Assembly: GCA_964016885.1 (NCBI GenBank) | Contig: OZ024741.1 | Span: 408,580,001-408,644,000, forward strand | Length of the DNA stretch: 64,000 nt | Direction: 5' to 3' | From: Eledone cirrhosa | Lineage: Eukaryota | Part shown: positions 52,701 through 64,000 of the stretch, piece by piece | Position numbering within the stretch: position 1 is the first letter of the stretch | Layout: each line of letters begins with the position of its first letter | Notes under the pieces: model-generated | What the model saw: only the letters and a program-made list of their open reading frames with translations | Database searches by the model: none | What the model was told of the DNA's origin: nothing | Translations under genes and position numbers: made by a program

Positions 52701-55700
52701 AATCAGATAATACACACATCTAGGAACACATTTAACACATAATCAGATAATACACACATCTAGGACCACATATAACACATAATCAGATAATACACACATC
52801 TAGGACCACATACAACACATAATCAGATAATACACACATCTAGAACCACATACAACACATAATCAGATAATACACACATCTAGGACCACATACAACACAT
52901 AATCAGATAATACACACATCTAGGACCACATACAACACATAATCAGATAATACACACATCTAGGACCACATACAACACATAATCAGATAATAAACACATC
53001 TAGGACCACATACAACACATAATCAGATAATACACATTTCTAGGACCACATATAACACATACTCAGATAATACACACATCTAGGACCACATACAACACAT
53101 AATCAGATAATACACACATCTAGGACCACATACAACATATAATCAGATAATACACACATCTAGGACCACATACAACACATAATCAGATAATACACACATC
53201 TAGGACCACATACAACACAAAATCAGATAATACACACATCTAGGACCACATACAACACATAATCAGATAATACACACATCTAGGACCACATACAACACAT
53301 AATCAGATAATACACACACATCTAGGACCACATACAACACATAATCAGATAATACACACATCTAGGACCACATACAAGACATAATCAGATAATACACACA
53401 TCTAGGACCACATACAACACATAATCAGATAATACACACATCTAGAACCACATACAACACATAATCAGATAATAGACACATCTAGGACCACATACAACAC
53501 ATAATCAGATAATACACACACATCTAGGACCACATACAACACATAATCATATAATACACACATCTAGGACCACATACAACACATAATCAGATAATACACA
53601 CATCTAGGACGATATACAACACATAATCAGATAATACACACATCTAGGGCCACATACAACACATAATCAGATAATACACACATCTAGGACCACATACAAC
53701 ACATAATCAGATAATACACACATCTAGGACCACATACAACACATAATCAGATAATACACACATCTAGGACCACATATAACACATAATCAGATAATACACA
53801 CATCTAGGACCACATATAACACATAATCATATAATACACACATCTAGGACCACATACAACACATAATCAGATAATACACACATCTAGGACCACATACAAC
53901 ACATAATCAGGTAATACACACATCTAGGACCACATTTAACACATAATCAGATAATACACACATCTAGAACCACATATAACACATAATCAGATAATACACA
54001 CATCTAGGACCACATACAACACATAATCAGATAATACACACATCTAGGACCACATACAACACATAATCAGATAATACACACATCTAGGACCACATATAAC
54101 ACATAATCAGATAATACACACATCTAGGACCACATATAACACATAATCATATAATACACACATCTAGGACCACATACAACACATAATCAGATAATACACA
54201 CATCTAGGACCACATACAACACATAATCAGATAATACACACATCTAGGACCACATACAACACATAATCAGATAATACACACATCTAGGACCACATACAAC
54301 ACATAATCAGATAATAAACACATCTAGGACCACATACAACACATAATCAGATAATACACATTTCTAGGACCACATATAACACATATTCAGATAATACACA
54401 CATCTAGGACCACATACAACACATAATCAGATAATACACACATCTAGGACCACATTTAACACATAATCAGATAATACACACATCTAGGACCACATATAAC
54501 ACATAATCAGATAATACACACATCTAGGACCATATACAACACATAATCAGATAATACACACATCTACGACCACATACAACACATAATCAGATAATACACA
54601 CATCTAGGACCACATTTAACACATAATCAGATAATACACACATCTAGGACCACATTTAACACATAATCAGATAATACACACATCTAGGACTACATATAAC
54701 ACATAATCAGATAATACACACATCTAGGACCACATTTAACACATAATCAGATAATACACACATCTAGGACCACATATAACACATAATCAGATAATACACA
54801 CATCTAGGACCACATATAACACATAATCAGATAATACACACATCTAGGACCACATTTAACACATAATCAGATAATACACACATCTAGGACCACATATAAC
54901 ACATAATCAGATAAGACACACATCTAGGACCACATTTAACACATAATCAGATAATACACACATCTAGGACCACATATAACACATAATCAGATAATACACA
55001 CATCTAGGACCACATTTAACACATAATCAGATAATACACACATCTAGGACCACATATAACACATAATCAGATAATACACACATCTAGGACCACATATAAC
55101 ACATAATCAGATAATACACACATCTAGGACCACATATAACACATAATCAGATAATACACACATCTAGGACAACATTTAACACATAATCAGATAATACACA
55201 CATCTAGGACCACATATAACACATAATCAGATAATACACACATCTAGGACCACATACAACACATAATCAGATAATACACACATCTAGGACTACATTTAAC
55301 ACATAATCAGATAATACACACATCTAGGACCACATATAACACATAATCAGATAATACACACATCTAGGACCACATACAACACATAATCAGATAATACACA
55401 CATCTAGAACCACATACAACACATAATCAGATAATACACACATCTAGGACCACATACAACACATAATCAGATAATACACACATCTAGGACCACATACAAC
55501 ACATAATCAGATAATACACACATCTAGGACCACATACAACACATAATCAGATAATAAACACATCTAGGACCACATACAACACATAATCAGATAATACACA
55601 TTTCTAGGACCACATATAACACATACTCAGATAATACACACATCTAGGACCACATACAACACATAATCAGATAATACACACATCTAGGACCACATACAAC

Positions 55701-58700
55701 ATATAATCAGATAATACACACATCTAGGACCACATACAACACATAATCAGATAATACACACATCTAGGACCACATACAACACATAATCAGATAATACACA
55801 CATCTAGGACCACATACAACACATAATCAGATAATACACACATCTAGGACCACATACAACACATAATCAGATAATACACACACATCTAGGACCACATACA
55901 ACACATAATCAGATAATACACACATCTAGGACCACATACAAGACATAATCAGATAATACACACATCTAGGACCACATACAACACATAATCAGATAATACA
56001 CACATCTAGAACCACATACAACACATAATCAGATAATAGACACATCTAGGACCACATACAACACATAATCAGATAATACACACACATCTAGGACCACATA
56101 CAACACATAATCAGATAATACACACATCTAGGACCACATACAACACATAATCAGATAATACACACATCTAGGACGATATACAACACATAATCAGATAATA
56201 CACACATCTAGGGCCACATACAACACATAATCAGATAATACACACATCTAGGACCACATACAACACATAATCAGATAATACACACATCTAGGACCACATA
56301 CAACACATAATCAGATAATACACACATCTAAAACCACATACAACACATAATCAGATAATACACACATCTAGGACGATATACAACACATAATCAGATAATA
56401 CACACATCTAGGGCCACATACAACACATAATCAGATAATACACACATCTAGGACCACATACAACACATAATCAGATAATACACACATCTAGGACGATATA
56501 CAACACATAATCAGATAATACACACATCTAGGGCCACATACAACACATAATCAGATAATACACACATCTAGGACCACATACAACACATAATCAGATAATA
56601 CACACATCTAGGACCACATACAACACATAATCAGATAATACACACATCTAGGACCACATATAACACATAATCAGATAATACACACATCTAGGACCACATA
56701 TAACACATAATCATATAATACACACATCTAGGACCACATACAACACATAATCAGATAATACACACATCTAGGACCACATACAACACATAATCAGATAATA
56801 CACACATCTAGGACCACATACAACACATAATCAGGTAATACACACATCTAGGACCACATTTAACACATAATCAGATAATACACACATCTAGAACCACATA
56901 TAACACATAATCAGATAATACACACATCTAGGACCACATACAACACATAATCAGATAATACACAAATCTAGGACCACATACAACACATAATCAGATAATA
57001 CACACATCTAGGACCACATATAACACATAATCAGATAATACACACATCTAGGACCACATATAACACATAATCATATAATACACACATCTAGGACCACATA
57101 CAACACATAATCAGATAATACACACATCTAGGACCACATACAACACATAATCAGATAATACACACATCTAGGACCACATACAACACATAATCAGATAATA
57201 CACACATCTAGGACCACATACAACACATAATCAGATAATAAACACATCTAGGACCACATACAACACATAATCAGATAATACACATTTCTAGGACCACATA
57301 TAACACATATTCAGATAATACACACATCTAGGACCACATACAACACATAATCAGATAATACACACATCTAGGACCACATACAACATATAATCAGATAATA
57401 CACACATCTAGGACCACATACAATACATAATCAGATAATACACACATCTAGGACCACATACAACACATAATCAGATAATACAAACATCTAGGACCACATA
57501 CAACACATAATCAGATAATACACACATCTAGGACCACATACAACACATAATCAGATAATACACACACATCTAGGACCACATACAACACATAATCAGATAA
57601 TACACACATCTAGGACCACATACAACACATAATCAGATAATACACACATCTAGGACCACATACAACACATAATCAGATAATACACACATCTAGGACCACA
57701 TACAACACATAATCAGATAATACACACACATCTAGGACCACATACAACACATAATCAGATAATACACACATCTAGGACCACATACAACACATAATCAGAT
57801 AACACACACATCTAGGACCACATACAACACATAATCAGATAATACACACATCTAGGACCACATTTAACACATAATCAGATAATACACACATCTAGGACCA
57901 CATATAACACATAATCAGATAATACACACATCTAGGACCACATATAACACATAATCAGATAATACACACATCTAGGACCATATACAACACATAGTCAGAT
58001 AATACACACATCTACGACCACATACAACACATAATCAGATAATACACACATCTAGGACCACATTTAACACATAATCAGATAATACACACATCTAGGACCA
58101 CATTTAACACATAATCAGATAATACACACATCTAGGACTACATATAACACATAATCAGATAATACACACATCTAGGACCACATTTAACACATAATCAGAT
58201 AATACACACATCTAGGACCACATATAACACATAATCAGATAATACACACATCTAGGACCACATATAACACATAATCAGATAATACACACATCTAGGACCA
58301 CATTTAACACATAATCAGATAATACACACATCTAGGACCACATATAACACATAATCAGATAATACACACATCTAGGACCACATTTAACACATAATCAGAT
58401 AATACACACATCTAGGACCACATATAACACATAATCAGATAATACACACATCTAGGACCACATTTAACACATAATCAGATAATACACACATCTAGGACCA
58501 CATATAACACATAATCAGATAATACACACATCTAGGACCACATATAACACATAATCAGATAATACACACATCTAGGACAACATTTAACACATAATCAGAT
58601 AATACACACATCTAGGACCACATATAACACATAATCAGATAATACACACATCTAGGACCACATTTAACACATAATCAGATAATACACACATCTAGGACCA

Positions 58701-61251
58701 CATATAACACATAATCAGATAATACACACATCTAGGACCACATACAACACATAATCAGATAATACACACATCTAGAACCACATACAACACATAATCAGAT
58801 AATACACACATCTAGGACCACATACAACACATAATCAGATAATACACACATCTGGGACCACATACAACACATAATCAGATAATACACACATCTAGGACCA
58901 CATACAACACATAATCAGATAATAAACACATCTAGGACCACATACAACACATAATCAGATAATACACATTTCTAGGACCACATATAACACATACTCAGAT
59001 AATACACACATCTAGGACCACATACAACACATAATCAGATAATACACACATCTAGGACCACATACAACATATAATCAGATAATACACACATCTAGGACCA
59101 CATACAACACATAATCAGATAATACACACATCTAGGACCACATACAACACATAATCAGATAATACACACATCTAGGACCACATACAACACATAATCAGAT
59201 AATACACACATCTAGGACCACATACAACACATAATCAGATAATACACACACATCTAGGACCACATACAACACATAATCAGATAATACACACATCTAGGAC
59301 CACATACAAGACATAATCAGATAATACACACATCTAGGACCACATACAACACATAATCAGATAATACACACATCTAGAACCACATACAACACATAATCAG
59401 ATAATAGACACATCTAGGACCACATACAACACATAATCAGATAATACACACACATCTAGGACCACATACAACACATAATCAGATAATACACACATCTAGG
59501 ACCACATACAACACATAATCAGATAATACACACATCTAGGACGATATACAACACATAATCAGATAATACACACATCTAGGGCCACATACAACACATAATC
59601 AGATAATACACACATCTAGGACCACATACAACACATAATCAGATAATACACACATCTAGGACCACATACAACACATAATCAGATAATACACACATCTAAA
59701 ACCACATACAACACATAATCAGATAATACACACATCTAGGACGATATACAACACATAATCAGATAATACACACATCTAGGGCCACATACAACACATAATC
59801 AGATAATACACACATCTAGGGCCACATACAACAAATAATCAGATAATACACACATCTAGGACCACATACAACACATAATCAGATAATACACACATCTAGG
59901 ACCACATTTAACACATAATCAGATAATACACACATCTAGGACCACATACAACACATAATCAGATAATACACACATCTAGGACGATATACAACACATAATC
60001 AGATAATACACACATCTAGGACCACATACAACACATAATCAGATAATACACACATCTAGGACCACATACAACATATAATCAGATAATACACACATCTAGG
60101 ACCACATACAACACATAATCAGATAATACACACATCTAGGACCACATACAACACATAATCAGATAATACACACATCTAGGACCACATACAACACATAATC
60201 AGATAATACACACATCTAGGACCACATACAACACATAATCAGATAATACACACACATCTAGGACCACATACAACACATAATCAGATAATACACACATCTA
60301 GGACCACATACAACACATACTCAGATAATACACACATCTAGGACCACATACAACACATAATCAGATAATACACACATCTAGGACCACATACAACACATAA
60401 TCAGATAATACACACACATCTTGGACCACATACAACACATAATCAGATAATACACACATCTAGGACCACATACAACACATAATCAGATAATACACACATC
60501 TAGGACCACATACAACACATAATCAGATAATACACACATCTAGGACCACATTTAACACATAATCAGATAATACACACATCTAGGACCACATATAACACAT
60601 AATCAGATAATACACACATCTAGGACCACATTTAACACATAATCAGATAATACACACATCTAGGACCACATACAACACATAATCAGATAATACACACATC
60701 TAGGACCACATATAACACATAATCAGATAATACACACATCTCGGACCACATACAACACATAATCAGATAATACACACATCTAGGACCACATACAACACAT
60801 AATCAGATAATACACACATCTAGGACCACATACAACACATAATCAGATAATACACACATCTAGGACCACATTTAACACATAATCAGATAATACACACATC
60901 TAGGACCACATACAACACATAATCAGATAATACACACATCTAGGACCACATATAACACATAATCAGATAATACACACATCTAGGACCCCATATAACACAT
61001 AATCAGATAATACACACATCTAGGACCACATACAACACATAATCAGATAATACACACATCTAGGCCCACATACAACACATAATCAGATAATACACACATC
61101 TAGGACCACATTTAACACATAATCAGATAATACACACATCTAGGACCACATACAACACATAATCAGATAATACACACATCTAGGACCACATATAACAAAT
61201 AATCAGATAATACACACATCTAGGACCACATATAACACATAATCAGATAAT

Positions 61252-61301
61252 TGTTTCTACTTTAGGCACAAGGCCAGCAATTACCCAGTGCATTACTGGC
61301 A
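61252..61301. repeat. 50-bp non-satellite insert, copy 5 (AAGGCC, CTGGCA allele)
   Basis: Same junctions. It ends ACTGGCA instead of ACTGGTA. Confidence 0.95.
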
Positions 61302-64000
61302 CTAGGACCACATACAACACATAATCAGATAATAGACACATCTAGGACCACATACAACACATAATCAGATAATACACACATCTAGGACCACATTTAACAC
61401 ATAATCAGATAATAGACACATCTAGGACCACATACAACACATAATCAGATAATACACACATCTAGGACCACATACAACACATAATCAGATAATACACACA
61501 TCTAGAACCACATACAACACATAATCAGATAACACAGACATCTAGGACGATATACAACACATAATCAGATAATATACACATCTAGGACCACATATAACAC
61601 ATAATCAGATAATACACACATCTAGGACTACATACAACACATAATCAGATAATACACACATCTAGGACCACATACAACACGTAATCAGATAATACACACA
61701 TCTAGAACCACATACAACACATAATCAGGTAATACACACATCTAGGACCACATTTAACACATAATCAGATAATACACACATCTAGAACCACATATAACAC
61801 ATAATCAGATAATACACACATCTAGGACCACATACAACACATAATCAGATAATACACACATCTAGGACCACATATAACACATAATCAGATAATACACACA
61901 TCTAGGACCACATACAACACATAATCAGATAATACACACATCTAGAACCACATACAACACATAATCAGATAATACACACATCTAGTACCACATACAACAC
62001 ATAATCAGATAATACACACATCTAGGACCACATACAACACATAATCAGATAATACACACATCTAGGACCACATACAACACATAATCAGATAATACACACA
62101 CATCTAGGACCACATACAACACATAATCAGATAATACACACATCTAGGACCACATACAACACATAATCAGATAACACACACATCTAGGACCACATACAAC
62201 ACATAATCAGATAATACACACATCTAGGACCACATTTAACACATAATCAGATAATACACACATCTAGGACCACATATAACACATAATCAGATAATACACA
62301 CATCTAGGACCATATACAACACATAATCAGATAATACACACATCTACGACCACATACAACACATAATCAGATAATACACACATCTAGGACCACATTTAAC
62401 ACATAATCAGATAATACACACATCTAGGACCACATTTAACACATAATCAGATAATACACACATCTAGGACTACATATAACACATAATCAGATAATACACA
62501 CATCTAGGACCACATTTAACACATAATCAGATAATACACACATCTAGGACCACATATAACACATAATCAGATAATACACACATCTAGGACCACATATAAC
62601 ACATAATCAGATAATACACACATCTAGGACCACATTTAACACATAATCAGATAATACACACATCTAGGACCACATATAACACATAATCAGATAATACACA
62701 CATCTAGGACCACATTTAACACATAATCAGATAATACACACATCTAGGACCACATATAACACATAATCAGATAATACACACATCTAGGACCACATTTAAC
62801 ACATAATCAGATAATACACACATCTAGGACCACATATAACACATAATCAGATAATACACACATCTAGGACCACATATAACACATAATCAGATAATACACA
62901 CATCTAGGACCACATATAACACATAATCAGATAATACACACATCTAGGACCACATACAACACATAATCAGATAATACACACATCTAGAACCACATACAAC
63001 ACATAATCAGATAATACACACATCTAGGACCACATACAACACATAATCAGATAATACACACATCTAGGACCACATACAACACATAATCAGATAATAAACA
63101 CATCTAGGACCACATACAACACATAATCAGATAATACACATTTCTAGGACCACATATAAAACATACTCAGATAATACACACATCTAGGACCACATACAAC
63201 ACATAATCAGATAATACACACATCTAGGACCACATACAACATATAATCAGATAATACACACATCTAGGACCACATACAACACATAATCAGATGATACACA
63301 CATCTAGGACCACATACAACACATAATCAGATAATACACACATCTAGGACCACATACAACACATAATCAGATAATACACACATCTAGGACCACATACAAC
63401 ACATAATCAGATAATACACACACATCTAGGACCACATACAACACATAATCAGATAATACACACATCTAGGACCACATACAACACATAATCAGATAATACA
63501 CACATCTAGGACCACATACAACACATAATCATATAATACACACATCTCGGACCACATTTAACACATAATCAGATAATACACACATCTAGGACCACATTTA
63601 ACACATAATCAGATGATACACACATCTAGGACTACATATAACACATAATCAGATAATACACACATCTAGGACCACATTTAACACATAATCAGATAATACA
63701 CACATCTAGGACCACATATAACACATAATCAGATAATACACACATCTAGGACCACATATAACACATAATCAGATAATACACACATCTAGGTCCACATTTA
63801 ACACATAATCAGATAATACACACATCTAGGACCACATATAACACATAATCAGATAATACACACATCTAGGACCACATTTAACACATAATCAGATAATACA
63901 CACATCTAGGACCACATATAACACATAATCAGATAATACACACATCTAGGACCACATTTAACACATAATCAGATAATACACACATCTAGGACCACATATA

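Larger units (their letters stand above)
1..64000 (+). repeat. 40-bp tandem satellite/minisatellite array, about 1,600 head-to-tail monomers, open at both window ends
   Basis: The unit TAATCAGATAATACACACATCTAGGACCACATACAACACA repeats with period 40 from base 1 to 64000. Most monomers differ from it by 0-2 substitutions. Occasional +CA, +1 and -1 indels shift the phase. No inversion was seen. Confidence 0.99.
48930..64000 (+). repeat. Irregular series of partial copies of the right-hand higher-order block
   Basis: CTACGACC recurs at 52001, 54564, 58012 and 62344. Each is followed by a TAT/TTT tract, then TAATAAACAC, CATTTCTAGG and CATACTCAG markers in the same order. Confidence 0.8.

Noticed and set aside
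1-64000. CRISPR array (40-bp repeats with a spacer-like 50-bp insert)
   Set aside because: The repeats abut with no unique spacers. The five inserts are copies of one sequence that interrupts a monomer, and there is no leader or cas gene.
1-64000. Repetitive protein-coding ORF
   Set aside because: The period of 40 is not a multiple of 3, so every frame cycles through the stops within 120 bp: TAA, TAA and TAG on +, TAG and TGA on -. No long ORF is possible in consensus sequence.
1-64000. Variant monomer order as an information-bearing code or synthetic concatemer
   Set aside because: The order is explained by nested duplications and deletions with accumulating private mutations, which is typical of natural satellite evolution. 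It does not look like rolling-circle copies of a single template.

Overview
The whole 64 kb window is one head-to-tail tandem array of a 40-bp monomer (consensus TAATCAGATAATACACACATCTAGGACCACATACAACACA, about 1,600 copies). The consensus has A19 C11 T7 G3, 35% GC, no CpG and strong A/C versus T/G strand skew. All copies lie in the same orientation and the array runs off both ends. It looks like eukaryotic satellite or large minisatellite DNA. No protein-coding gene, RNA gene or CRISPR array is supported. The only non-satellite sequence I found is a 50-bp element (TGTTTCTACTTTAGGCACAA[G/T]GCCAGCAATTACCCAGTGCATTACTGG[T/C]A). It occurs five times (36440, 42493, 44497, 49747, 61252), always replacing the same 8 bp (ACACACAT) of a monomer. 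From memory only, it resembles an internally deleted end fragment of an invertebrate (octopus-type) SINE; this needs a database search. Rare variant monomers reveal nested, irregular block duplications with offsets from about 1.0 to 8.06 kb, whole-monomer deletions, and one patch that appears to have moved an extra copy of the insert to a new context. I see no evidence for a new gene-based system. The interest lies in array evolution and the captured insert. Duplication boundaries were read by eye and are approximate, and assembly artefacts cannot be excluded without reads.
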